DNA from: Patescibacteria group bacterium
Lineage (GTDB): Bacteria > Patescibacteriota > JABMPQ01 > JAQVVF01
Direction of reading: 5' to 3'
NCBI GenBank assembly: GCA_041662665.1
Contig: JBAZSC010000003.1
Coordinates: forward strand, 143,115 to 207,114
Length of the DNA: 64,000 bases
Positions within the stretch are counted from its first letter, which is position 1; the number at the start of each line of letters is the position of its first letter. The notes under the pieces were generated by a model. That model was not told the origin of the DNA. It made no database searches and saw only the letters and a list, made by a program, of their open reading frames with translations. Below, one piece after another: positions 27,228 to 35,773 of the stretch. The position numbers were made by a program, and so were the translations under genes.

Positions 27228-28445
27228 ATGAGAATAGCTGATTTATTTCAAGAAACTTATCAAGCGTTAATTGCTAATAAAGTTAGATCAGGTTTGACTA
27301 TACTAGGCATTGTTATTGGTATTGGCTCGGTAATTGCGATGATTGCGATTGGCCAAGGCTCTCAAAAAATGATTCAGTCGAATATTGAATCATTAGGATC
27401 AAATTTGATTTTGGTAATGCCAGGAATGCAAAGGACAGCTGGAGTTAGCCAAGGTAGAGGCTCTTCACAGACTTTGACGCTTGAAGATGCTGATAGAATA
27501 GTTTCTGAGATAAATAACGTGAAAGGAGTTGCGCCGGAATTATCTTCTAGATATCAGGCAGTTGCTTCAGGTAATAATACAAACACTTCGGTTGTAGGAA
27601 CTGTTGCTTCATATCCAACTATTAGAAATTTAACTATTGATCAAGGATCTTTTATATCAGATCAACAAGTTGCTAGTATGTCAAAAGTGGCAGTAATTGG
27701 TCCAACAACTCGTGATGATTTGTTTGGAGAAAATGCAGATTGCTTAGGAAAGATTGTTAGAATTAATGGTATAAATTTTACAATTATAGGCGTGACGAAA
27801 TCGAAAGGCAGTTCTGGCATGACGAATCAAGATGATATGATTTTTGTGCCTATAAAAACTGCTCAACAATTTTTAGCTGGTAGTAATTTTGTTAGTACTA
27901 TTTCTGTCCAAGCAGAAAACCAAAATTCAATGGCTCAAGTTCAAGAAGAGGCAAGTAGCTTGCTTTTAGAAAGACATAATATCTCTGATCCAACCTTAGC
28001 TGATTTTAGTATTATGAATCAATCTGATATTGTGGCAACTGCTTCTTCGGTAACAAATACATTTACTGTTTTGCTTGGATCTGTAGCTGCGATATCTCTT
28101 GTTGTTGGCGGTATCGGTATTATGAATATGATGTTAACTACTGTAACTGAAAGAACTCGCGAGATTGGTTTGCGAAAAGCAGTTGGCGCAAAAAAAGCAG
28201 ATATTAATTTACAGTTTTTGACTGAATCAATAATGCTGACATTTATCGGCGGAGTTTTGGGAGTTCTATTGGGCTGGTTGATTTCGTTAGCAGTACAAAA
28301 ATTTGGTGGAATTACAACAAATATTTCTTTAACTTCTGTCTTATTAGCCTTTGGTGTTTCAGCTTTGATTGGAATTGTCTTTGGATATTATCCTGCACGA
28401 AGAGCGGCAAGTTTGAATCCAATTGAGGCGTTAAGATACGAATAA
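27228..28445 (+). CDS. MacB/FtsX-family ABC transporter permease
   Basis: N-terminal TM, large periplasmic domain, 3 C-terminal TM helices, ends NPIEALRYE. Confidence 0.85.
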   Translation: MRIADLFQETYQALIANKVRSGLTILGIVIGIGSVIAMIAIGQGSQKMIQSNIESLGSNLILVMPGMQRTAGVSQGRGSSQTLTLEDADRIVSEINNVKGVAPELSSRYQAVASGNNTNTSVVGTVASYPTIRNLTIDQGSFISDQQVASMSKVAVIGPTTRDDLFGENADCLGKIVRINGINFTIIGVTKSKGSSGMTNQDDMIFVPIKTAQQFLAGSNFVSTISVQAENQNSMAQVQEEASSLLLERHNISDPTLADFSIMNQSDIVATASSVTNTFTVLLGSVAAISLVVGGIGIMNMMLTTVTERTREIGLRKAVGAKKADINLQFLTESIMLTFIGGVLGVLLGWLISLAVQKFGGITTNISLTSVLLAFGVSALIGIVFGYYPARRAASLNPIEALRYE

Positions 28446-28466
28446 CTTATTATTAATATTTAACAC

Positions 28467-28500
28467 ATCCGCCTTCGTCCTGCGGGACTTCGGCGGACAA
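28467..28500. repeat. Palindromic element copy 5, intergenic, immediately 5' of the 28510 start codon
   Basis: catccgccttcgtcctgcgggacttcggcggacaa. The inner hairpin is the same as in the nrdG copy. Confidence 0.8.
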
Positions 28501-28509
28501 GGAAAAATT

Positions 28510-28962
28510 ATGAAAAAAACGTGGATTATTATGGTGGTGTTATTAATTGTGGTAGGTGGCGGATCATTTTATGGCGGTATGAAATATGGACAAGGAAAGA
28601 AAACAAATTTGAGTGGAAGCGCAAAACAAGGTTTCCAGAACATGACTGATGAACAAAGACAGCAAAGAGCGCAAAATGGCGGATTAGGAAGAATGGGCAA
28701 TGGTAACGGTGGACTTGCAAATGGTGAAATTATTTCTAAAGATGATAAAAGTGTAACAATCAAATTGCGCGATGGCGGATCAAAAATTATTCTTTTTTCT
28801 GATTCTACAAAAGTTACCAAAAATGCAGAAGGAACAAAAAATGATTTGAAAGTTGGGGAAAATTTAATGGTGAGTGGAGATTCTAATTCTGATGGCAGTG
28901 TAACTGCAAAAACGATTCAGCTGATGCCTGCAGTTTTGGATAATGCACCAAAGACTAACTAA
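28510..28962 (+). CDS. Secreted Gly/Asn-rich small protein (hypothetical)
   Basis: Signal peptide MKKTWIIMVVLLIVVGGG. The ATG sits 10 nt downstream of a palindromic element whose 3' end supplies an AAGGA Shine-Dalgarno. Confidence 0.55.
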   Translation: MKKTWIIMVVLLIVVGGGSFYGGMKYGQGKKTNLSGSAKQGFQNMTDEQRQQRAQNGGLGRMGNGNGGLANGEIISKDDKSVTIKLRDGGSKIILFSDSTKVTKNAEGTKNDLKVGENLMVSGDSNSDGSVTAKTIQLMPAVLDNAPKTN

Positions 28963-28974
28963 AAATATATTAAA

Positions 28975-29010
28975 AAACAGCCTCAAAATTTTTAGGCTGT
29001 TTTTGTTTTG
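28975..29010 (+). terminator. Rho-independent terminator
   Basis: cagcct-caaaattttt-aggctg followed by a T-run. Confidence 0.7.
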
Positions 29011-29063
29011 CTGAATTTAATTATATGCTATACTGATTTAATTTAGAAAATTAATATTATATT

Positions 29064-29879
29064 ATGACTGAAGTTTATAATGTAGCGAAAATGGAAGGAA
29101 TCAACAACTTGAAGAAGAAAATGCCAATTCTTGTTTTGGCAGCAGTTGTTGTACTTTTATTGCTTGATGGTGTAGGAACAATTGGAGCAGGTGAGCGAGG
29201 AATTTTGTTGCAATTTGGAGCAGTAAAAGACAATGTTTTTGGCGAAGGTCTTTATTTTAAGATTCCTTTAGTTCAAAAAGTAGTAAAAATGGATGTAAAG
29301 ATTAAAAAAGACGAAGTTCCAGCAAGCGCATCTTCAAAAGATTTGCAAGTTGTAACATCTAAAATTGCAATTAATTATCATTTAGATCCTGATGCAGTTA
29401 ATAAAATTTGGAAAGAAGTTGGCACAGATTATAATGATCGAATAATTGCTCCAGCAATCCAAGAAGCAGTAAAAGCAACAACTGCAAAATTTACAGCTGA
29501 AGAATTAATTATCAAAAGACAAGTTGTTAAAGAGCAAATAAAAGAAAATTTAGCAAAAAGATTAGTAAAAAATTATATAACAGTTGATGAATTGAATATT
29601 GTTGCTTTTGATTTTTCAGAAGCATTTAATAGCGCAATTGAAGCAAAAGTAACAGCAGAACAATTAAAATTAAAAGCAGAACGAGATTTGCAAAGAATTA
29701 AAATTGAAGCTGATCAGAAAATTGCAGAAGCAGAAGGAAAGTCTAAAGCGATCAGAACAGAAGCACAGGCATTGAGTGAAAATGCAAAAGTTGTAGAACT
29801 TCGATGGATTGAAAAATGGGATGGAAAAACTCCAACATATTGGGGTGGAGCAACTCCTTTTATTGGATTAGAAAAGTAA
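29064..29879 (+). CDS. SPFH/band-7 (prohibitin-like) membrane protein
   Basis: N-terminal TM then GERGILLQFGAV...YFKIPLVQKV. The coiled-coil C-terminus is typical of the prohibitin family. Confidence 0.75.
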   Translation: MTEVYNVAKMEGINNLKKKMPILVLAAVVVLLLLDGVGTIGAGERGILLQFGAVKDNVFGEGLYFKIPLVQKVVKMDVKIKKDEVPASASSKDLQVVTSKIAINYHLDPDAVNKIWKEVGTDYNDRIIAPAIQEAVKATTAKFTAEELIIKRQVVKEQIKENLAKRLVKNYITVDELNIVAFDFSEAFNSAIEAKVTAEQLKLKAERDLQRIKIEADQKIAEAEGKSKAIRTEAQALSENAKVVELRWIEKWDGKTPTYWGGATPFIGLEK

Positions 29880-29887
29880 ATTGAATA

Positions 29888-29966
29888 ATCTGCCTTCGTC
29901 CCTCGCTTTGCGAAGATGAGGGACTTCCTCCTTCGCTACGTTACGGAGGACAAGTCGGCGGACAAA
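29888..29966. repeat. Palindromic element copy 6, composite/nested double element
   Basis: atctgccttcg-gtccctc...gagggac-ttcc-tcctccttcg...ggagga-caagtcggcggacaaag. Two nested hairpins lie inside the family termini. Confidence 0.7.
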
Positions 29967-29969
29967 GAA

Positions 29970-30005
29970 AAACAGCCTTGAAATTCAGGGCTGTTTTATT
30001 TTGAA
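29970..30005 (+). terminator. Rho-independent terminator
   Basis: aacagcctt-gaaattc-agggctgtt (one G-U pair) followed by ttttatttt. Confidence 0.65.
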
Positions 30006-30080
30006 AAACATTGACAGATATTTGTTTAAATTGTATTCTTTGTGGTTGGCGTATTTCCCTGGCAAAGGAGGGAGAAGGAA

Positions 30081-30521
30081 ATGGCAGACAAAAAAGATAC
30101 AGGATTTTGTGTGAAAACTTTAGGAGAAGGTAATGATAAAGTATCTTTTATTGCTTGCAGCACTTGTGGTGAGAAAATGTTCGGCGTTCTTTGTGATCAA
30201 TGTGTCGGAAATCATGTTTATTTTATTGGTCATAGTCCAAATTGCACATCTGAATTTGCAAAAGTTGCATCAAAACATGAAGGGCATGCAATTCGGGGGG
30301 AAAAGTCAGAATTAAATGAAATTTGTGTTGATGTAGTAACTAAGGACGGTATTAAGGATTATGTTGTTAAATGTAGAATTTGTGATCAACAGCTTATAGT
30401 TTTTCATTGTGAAAGATGTGATGAAAGAATAATTCATGGACATACTGCTGATTGTGATAGCGAGTCAGCACAGGTTCTAAGAAGACACGATGGTCATCCA
30501 TGTCATGAAGTTACTGGTTAA
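30081..30521 (+). CDS. Cys/His-rich protein with two tandem zinc-ribbon-like modules (novel family)
   Basis: AAGGAGGG Shine-Dalgarno. Two copies of the module C-x2-C...CxxC(D/E)...GH(S/T)xxC...(K/Q)VxxRH(D/E)GH. The terminator at 30539-30562 is identical to the one after 37146..37340. Confidence 0.65.
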   Translation: MADKKDTGFCVKTLGEGNDKVSFIACSTCGEKMFGVLCDQCVGNHVYFIGHSPNCTSEFAKVASKHEGHAIRGEKSELNEICVDVVTKDGIKDYVVKCRICDQQLIVFHCERCDERIIHGHTADCDSESAQVLRRHDGHPCHEVTG

Positions 30522-30538
30522 CTGATTGTACTTTTTTT

Positions 30539-30562
30539 AAACACCTTTTGGTGTTTTTTTTA
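30539..30562. terminator. Bidirectional rho-independent terminator ACACC-TTTT-GGTGT flanked by A/T runs
   Basis: aaacaccttttggtgtttttttt serves the convergent genes 30081..30521 (+) and 30560..31759 (-). The hairpin is identical to 37339-37360. Confidence 0.75.
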
Positions 30563-31759
30563 TTTCGTAATAACTCTTTTGAATACTGGAACAGCAATTG
30601 TCAAAGTAACAGCACCAAAAATAAGTAGAATTAAAAGTTCATTTCTGACATCAACAAAGCTTGCTCCCAAGACCATGACTTTGCGTAAAGCATTGATGGC
30701 ATAAGTTAGCGGAATAACTTTGGAAATATCTTGCATGATTTGTGGCATCATTAAAATAGGAAAAAAAACTCCTGATAAGAATAACATTGGAAATTGGAAC
30801 ATGAATAATAGTTGGGTTGCTGTTTCTTGTTCTGAAGCCATAGCAGATACTAAGATACCCAAGCCGACAAATGAAAAAATACCTAAAAGTAAAATTAGTA
30901 AAATTAATAAAAGGTTGCCGTGAATTGTTACGCCAAAAAGAATGACTGCTAAAAGTAAAACAATCGCGCCTTGAATTAAGCCTCTGATCGATTGAGCAGT
31001 TGCCTTGCCTAAAATAATAGCTAGTCGATTGATTGGCGAAATTAAAATACCATCTAGTGTTCCATCTTCTTTTTCTTTAGAAATTGCAGCAGCAAGACCA
31101 GTCAAAACTGCAGTCATAACAATCATAGCCATGATGCCAGGAGCAACAAATTCAAAATAGTTTGGATTGCCTGGAATAATACCTTGAATTGTTGATTTGA
31201 TTGGTTGCATCATTGCAGTGGCTTGTTCTATTGAGCCTGGTTGATTTTCTGGTGATGTAATAATAACTAAAAATTTGGCAGTTTTTTGGATGCCAATTTG
31301 TTGTCCTAATCCAGAGGCCATATTAGATAATATTTGATCAACAACTGCACTGATTTGTGGATTGGATTGGTCTTCAACAATTATTACTTCTGGCTGTTTG
31401 TTGCCATTAATTTGGGAAGTAAAATCTTTTGGAATAAATATTCCACCACTGATTGTTTGTTTTTTAATGCCATTTTTTATTGCATCAATACTATCAAAAG
31501 TTGATGTTTTAAATGCTGATTGATTGTCTTGTTTTAAATCCGTGATCATGGTTACTAATTGGTTTCCGTATTGCTGGTTGTCTAAATTTGCGATGCCAAT
31601 TGGAATATTTTTTAGAGTATTTTGATTAGGAAAAATAAATCCAGTCAAAATCATCATAAAAATAGGCATAATAATGAATGTGGCTAAACGGAGTTTGTCT
31701 CTAGAAAATTCAATTAAATCTTTTTTTGCGATGTGAAATATATCTTTGATTGTTTGCAT
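30560..31759 (-). CDS. ABC-2 type transporter permease
   Basis: 399 aa with an N-terminal TM, a large extracytoplasmic loop and 5 C-terminal TM helices. Confidence 0.75.
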   Translation of the reverse strand: MQTIKDIFHIAKKDLIEFSRDKLRLATFIIMPIFMMILTGFIFPNQNTLKNIPIGIANLDNQQYGNQLVTMITDLKQDNQSAFKTSTFDSIDAIKNGIKKQTISGGIFIPKDFTSQINGNKQPEVIIVEDQSNPQISAVVDQILSNMASGLGQQIGIQKTAKFLVIITSPENQPGSIEQATAMMQPIKSTIQGIIPGNPNYFEFVAPGIMAMIVMTAVLTGLAAAISKEKEDGTLDGILISPINRLAIILGKATAQSIRGLIQGAIVLLLAVILFGVTIHGNLLLILLILLLGIFSFVGLGILVSAMASEQETATQLLFMFQFPMLFLSGVFFPILMMPQIMQDISKVIPLTYAINALRKVMVLGASFVDVRNELLILLIFGAVTLTIAVPVFKRVITK

Positions 31760-31768
31760 AATTTTAAT

Positions 31769-32686
31769 TTAATGTTGAAATTTTTTCTGCGTTTTCTGCG
31801 TAAGATTCTGCGTTTTTCTGCGATTTATTTTTTTTACGCAGAATGACGCGGAACTAACGCAGAATGTGCAGAATTTATCTGACCCTTTGTTTATTCTCGC
31901 CAAAACGATGCATGTCTGAAGCAGGGATTTTTTTCCAGCATTATCTCTAATTTCAGTACCTGTTACTTTCAAAAAAACATCTTGAAGAGTTGGATTTTCT
32001 TTATTGGTTACTAATTTTTTTAAATTTTCTGAATTATCTAAAGCAACAATTTTTCCATGATCAACAATTGCAATTCTATTTGATAAAATATCAGCTTCTA
32101 ACATGTCATGTGTTGTAAGCAAAATAGTAATTCCTTTTTTATTTAATTCTTGAATAAATTCTCTAATTAAATTGGATGTTTGTGGATCAAGCCCAAGAGT
32201 TGGTTCATCAAGAAAGAGAATATTTGGTTCAGTTAATAAGGCGCGAACAATATTGATTCTTTGTTTCATGCCAGTTGAATATGTTCCAACTTGAGAATCA
32301 AGCCAATCAGTCATGTGCAATCGATCAACCCATTTTTTTGTTCGATCTGTAATTTGTTGTTTTGAGAGATGAAAAAGTTGGCCGAAGAATCTTAGATTTT
32401 CTCGAGCAGTTAATCGATCATAAAGAATAATTTTTTCTGCGACTAAGCCGATTTGTTTTCTAATGTCATCTGGATCTTTTTTTAAATCAAAACCAGCTAT
32501 TTTAATTTCACCTTCTGTTGGCTGTAAAAGTGTGGTTAAAATTCTGATTGTTGTTGACTTGCCAGCACCATTTGGGCCAAGAAATCCAAAGATTTCACCT
32601 TTTTTAATTTCAAAGCTAATATTGTCAACTGCAATAAATTTTTTAAATTTTTTTGTTAAATTTTTTACTTCAATAATATTTTCCAT
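31769..32686 (-). CDS. ABC transporter ATP-binding protein (ABC-2 type) whose 3' tail runs through the CGCAGAA repeat array
   Basis: GPNGAGKST, YSTGMKQRI, LFLDEPTLGLD. The domain ends near LQDVFLKVTG; the final ~55 codons translate repeat DNA. Confidence 0.8.
   Translation of the reverse strand: MENIIEVKNLTKKFKKFIAVDNISFEIKKGEIFGFLGPNGAGKSTTIRILTTLLQPTEGEIKIAGFDLKKDPDDIRKQIGLVAEKIILYDRLTARENLRFFGQLFHLSKQQITDRTKKWVDRLHMTDWLDSQVGTYSTGMKQRINIVRALLTEPNILFLDEPTLGLDPQTSNLIREFIQELNKKGITILLTTHDMLEADILSNRIAIVDHGKIVALDNSENLKKLVTNKENPTLQDVFLKVTGTEIRDNAGKKSLLQTCIVLARINKGSDKFCTFCVSSASFCVKKINRRKTQNLTQKTQKKFQH
31783..31873. promoter_or_regulatory. Palindromic super-array: 4x TTCTGCG, AT spacer, then 4x CGCAGAA, between the ABC ATPase and permease genes on the minus strand
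   Basis: ttctgcg at 31785, 31794, 31806 and 31816. acgcagaa/acgcggaa at 31836, 31846, 31857 and 31866. Confidence 0.6.
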
Positions 32687-32757
32687 AATTGTAATTGTTA
32701 TTTTTTGTTACTAAAATTGTTTATTTGTAGATTTTCGTTTTATTTATATAATCATTC

Positions 32758-32815
32758 AAGCGGATTTAAACGGATTAAACGCGGATAAAACGGATGGCTG
32801 ATGTTGTTTTGCGGT
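32758..32815. promoter_or_regulatory. Array of 4 AAACGGAT/AACGCGGAT repeats (variant core CGGA) upstream of the minus-strand ABC operon
   Basis: aagcggat, aaacggat, aaacgcggat, aaacggat at about 10-11 bp spacing. Confidence 0.5.
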
Positions 32816-32824
32816 TTAATTTAA

Positions 32825-33397
32825 TTATAAAAGATGTCCTAGCAAAATTTTCAAGCCAATACCTATCAAAACAAGTCCACCAATGATTTCAGCTTTTTTG
32901 CCCCATTTTTCGCCGCTTTTTTTGCCAATGTAAATAGAAATCAATGATAATGTGAATGTTGTGATGCCAATAATTGAGACTGATAGCCAAATATTAACAG
33001 GCAGCAAAGCAATTGTTACGCCAATTATTAGAGCATCAATACTAGTTGCAATTGATTGAGTTAATAATATTTTAAGGCTATGAATATCAATTTTTTTCTC
33101 TTCTTCTTTTTTGAAAGATTCAATCAACATTCTGACTCCCAAAATAGTCAGAAGAATAAAAGCAATCCAATGATCAATGCCGGAAATAAATTGCACAAGA
33201 CCAATACCAAGAATATAGCCAATTAATGGCATTAAAAATTGAAAAAAACCAAAAAAGAAAGCTATTCTTAGAGCTTTTTTTGCTCCCATTTGGTGATGAT
33301 GTGCGCCATTTGCAGCTGCAACAGCCATAGCATCAAATGATAGGGCAATAGCAATAAAAAAGATATTTATAAGTGACATATTATTATAATAATACAC
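32825..33397 (-). CDS. mntP: Manganese efflux pump MntP family (DUF204)
   Basis: 190 aa with 6 TM helices. Duplicated LSFDAMAVA / IATSIDALIIG half-motifs. Confidence 0.65.
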   Translation of the reverse strand: MYYYNNMSLINIFFIAIALSFDAMAVAAANGAHHHQMGAKKALRIAFFFGFFQFLMPLIGYILGIGLVQFISGIDHWIAFILLTILGVRMLIESFKKEEEKKIDIHSLKILLTQSIATSIDALIIGVTIALLPVNIWLSVSIIGITTFTLSLISIYIGKKSGEKWGKKAEIIGGLVLIGIGLKILLGHLL

Positions 33398-33488
33398 TTG
33401 TTAATGATTGAAAAGAATTTAATAAATAGTTGAAGTTATTCTTATAATGGTGTATACTGTAAAAGTTACTTAATAATTTAAATTAAAT

Positions 33489-34775
33489 ATGATAGAAATA
33501 TTAAGAAATTTATGGAGGCGAAAATTTAGAACTTTATTAACTATTTTTGGTATTGCAATTGGTATTTTTGCATTTACAGTAATGGGATCGATGGCTCTGA
33601 AATTAAATAAAATGATTGATGGAGGAAAAAAATATGTGACTGGTCAAATTACAATTGCTCCAAAAGGCACTGATTTTATGATGGGACAAATGGGAGCAAT
33701 GTTGCCGGTTAATACACTAAACAAAATTGCAAAGGTTGAAGGTGTTGAAGCAGTGACTGGCGGAATTGAATTGTCATTAGATGAGCCGAATCCTGATGAT
33801 CCAGCATCAATGAGTTTTGGCATGCCAGCAACAATTGAAGGCATGGATTTGAAAACCAAATTTAAAAACAGAAATTGGGAAAATATGGAAATGAAAGAAG
33901 GCAGAATGATTAAAGAAGGCGATCCTGATGATGTGATTGCAATTGGGGAAACAATAGCTTTAGATAAGAAATGGAAATTAGATGACAAGGTAAAAATTCG
34001 TGGCAAAGAGTTTAAGGTAATTGGTATTTTGGATAAAACAATGACTGGACCTGATTCGTATGTTTTTATGCCTTTAAACTCTGCTCGAGATTTGTATGTA
34101 GAGTCAAATCCATTTTTGAAGTCATTAAAAGAACAACAAGCTCAGGCTGCAAATATTTCTACTAGAGAATTAGCTAGTTTACCAAAAGCAACTAGAGATC
34201 AAATTATGCAAGCAAAAGCTTTTAAAATGGAAGATTTATCCACTATGGGATCAATATCTTGGAAAGACGGAGCAGATTCTGAAGTTGTAGCGAATAAGAT
34301 CAAAGAAAAATTTAAAGATGAAGTTATAGTATTATCCCCAAAAAAAATGGGAGAAGAAATTGATAAAGCTTCGGCAATGATGAATGCTGTTATTTTAGGT
34401 GGCGCATTATTAGCTTTGTTAGTTGGAAGTTTTTCTGTTATCAATACGATGATTATGTCGATTTCTGAAAGAACAAGAGAAATTGGTATTAAAAAATCTT
34501 TGGGTGCATCAAATAAATCGATTGCTTTGGAATATGCTTTAGAAGCTGGTGTAATTGGAACTTTGGGCGGCATATTGGGTATCAGTATTGGTGTTTTATT
34601 GATTGTAATATTTAATAATAAAATGGCAGAAACTGGTGCTGAAGTATTTTTGTTAGATATTAAGTTTTTGTTTGAAGTTTTATTATTTTCATTTATATTA
34701 GGAATCGTAGCTGGTATTTTGCCAGCAATTAAGGCAGCAAAGATGAAAGTAATACAGGCGATTAGAGAGATGTAA
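33489..34775 (+). CDS. MacB/FtsX-family ABC transporter permease
   Basis: N-terminal TM, periplasmic domain and C-terminal 3-TM FtsX domain. Confidence 0.8.
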   Translation: MIEILRNLWRRKFRTLLTIFGIAIGIFAFTVMGSMALKLNKMIDGGKKYVTGQITIAPKGTDFMMGQMGAMLPVNTLNKIAKVEGVEAVTGGIELSLDEPNPDDPASMSFGMPATIEGMDLKTKFKNRNWENMEMKEGRMIKEGDPDDVIAIGETIALDKKWKLDDKVKIRGKEFKVIGILDKTMTGPDSYVFMPLNSARDLYVESNPFLKSLKEQQAQAANISTRELASLPKATRDQIMQAKAFKMEDLSTMGSISWKDGADSEVVANKIKEKFKDEVIVLSPKKMGEEIDKASAMMNAVILGGALLALLVGSFSVINTMIMSISERTREIGIKKSLGASNKSIALEYALEAGVIGTLGGILGISIGVLLIVIFNNKMAETGAEVFLLDIKFLFEVLLFSFILGIVAGILPAIKAAKMKVIQAIREM

Positions 34776-34783
34776 TTTATTTT

Positions 34784-34866
34784 ACGCAGAACAACGCAGA
34801 AGCTGACGCAGAAGACGCAGAAAAGTTTCCGCATTTTCTGCGTTGGATTCTGCGTATGTCTGCGTT
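34784..34866. promoter_or_regulatory. Everted super-array: 4x ACGCAGAA then 4x (T)TCTGCG, upstream of the MacB-type ATPase gene 34943
   Basis: acgcagaa at 34784, 34794, 34806 and 34814. ttccgca/ttctgcg/ttctgcg/gtctgcg at 34828-34864. Confidence 0.6.
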
Positions 34867-34942
34867 AAAAACAATTAGATATTAATAAAACTTAATTATC
34901 TTAATCTTTATAAATTAGTCAAGTGAAATTAAATTATAAATT

Positions 34943-35623
34943 ATGAAAAATGTTATTGAAGCTAAGGGTTTGAAAAAAATATATAAAATGTCAAAGACAA
35001 ATATTGTTCATGCTTTGAATGGTGTTGATTTGAATGTGGAAGAAGGCGAATTTACTGCAATTATTGGACCTTCTGGATCCGGAAAATCAACTTTGATGCA
35101 TATCTTTGGTTTGTTAGACAAGCCAGATGAAGGAACTTTAATCATTGATGGAGTTGATATGAGTAATTTAAAAGACAAAGAAGCTTATAAATTGCGTGCA
35201 AAAAAAATTGGTTTTGTTTTTCAAGGATTTAATTTGATTCCGGCATTGTCAGCTTTGGAAAATATTATGTTGGCTGGAAAATATGGAGGAATGAAAATGA
35301 CTGAAAGAAAAGCCAGAGCAATTGAATTATTAAAAATGGTTGGACTAGAATCAAGAATGAATCACAAGCCAAATGAATTGTCTGGCGGACAACAGCAAAG
35401 AGTAGCAATTGCTCGAGCTTTGATGAACAAGCCAGCAATTATTCTAGCTGATGAGCCAACTGGAGAATTGGATACAAAAACATCTTTAGAAATTATTGAA
35501 TTGATGAAAAAATTAAATAAAGAAGATAATCAAACATTTTTGTTGGTTACACATAACATGGAAGTGGCGAAAGATTGTAGAAAAATTGTAGAGATGAGAG
35601 ATGGGCAAAAAATAACAAAATAA
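34943..35623 (+). CDS. MacB/LolD-type ABC transporter ATP-binding protein
   Basis: [35 protein letters not shown]. Confidence 0.88.
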   Translation: MKNVIEAKGLKKIYKMSKTNIVHALNGVDLNVEEGEFTAIIGPSGSGKSTLMHIFGLLDKPDEGTLIIDGVDMSNLKDKEAYKLRAKKIGFVFQGFNLIPALSALENIMLAGKYGGMKMTERKARAIELLKMVGLESRMNHKPNELSGGQQQRVAIARALMNKPAIILADEPTGELDTKTSLEIIELMKKLNKEDNQTFLLVTHNMEVAKDCRKIVEMRDGQKITK

Positions 35624-35659
35624 CTAAATTATAAATAACAAAATTTCAATTAAAAATTT

Positions 35660-35690
35660 AAAACGGCCTTAAATGGCTGTTTTTGTTTTT
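35660..35690 (+). terminator. Putative rho-independent terminator
   Basis: cggcc-ttaaat-ggctg followed by tttttgttttt. Confidence 0.5.
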
Positions 35691-35705
35691 AAGTAAAAAC
35701 TTGAT

Positions 35706-35726
35706 ATCACAAATTGTGATTTCCAA
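35706..35726. promoter_or_regulatory. Operator-like palindrome ATCACAAATTGTGAT(TTCCAA) upstream of the ORF6N gene
   Basis: Perfect 7-1-7 palindrome, 50 nt upstream of ATG 35774. Confidence 0.45.
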
Positions 35727-35773
35727 AAATAACACTTTTTGAAGTTATTTTTTGAGTATGTTAAATTAATAAT

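Noticed and set aside
31769-31930. Possibility that the C-terminal ~55 residues of the ABC ATPase are a real domain
   Set aside because: The ABC domain is complete by LQDVFLKVTG. The tail translates the CGCAGAA repeat array, giving a Cys/Phe/Gln-rich low-complexity sequence, so it is most likely read-through of regulatory DNA.
33644-34834. Two long antisense ORFs (120 and 211 aa) inside the MacB permease gene
   Set aside because: The plus-strand permease has a clear FtsX-type domain architecture. The antisense frames are I/S/P-rich, low-complexity translations.
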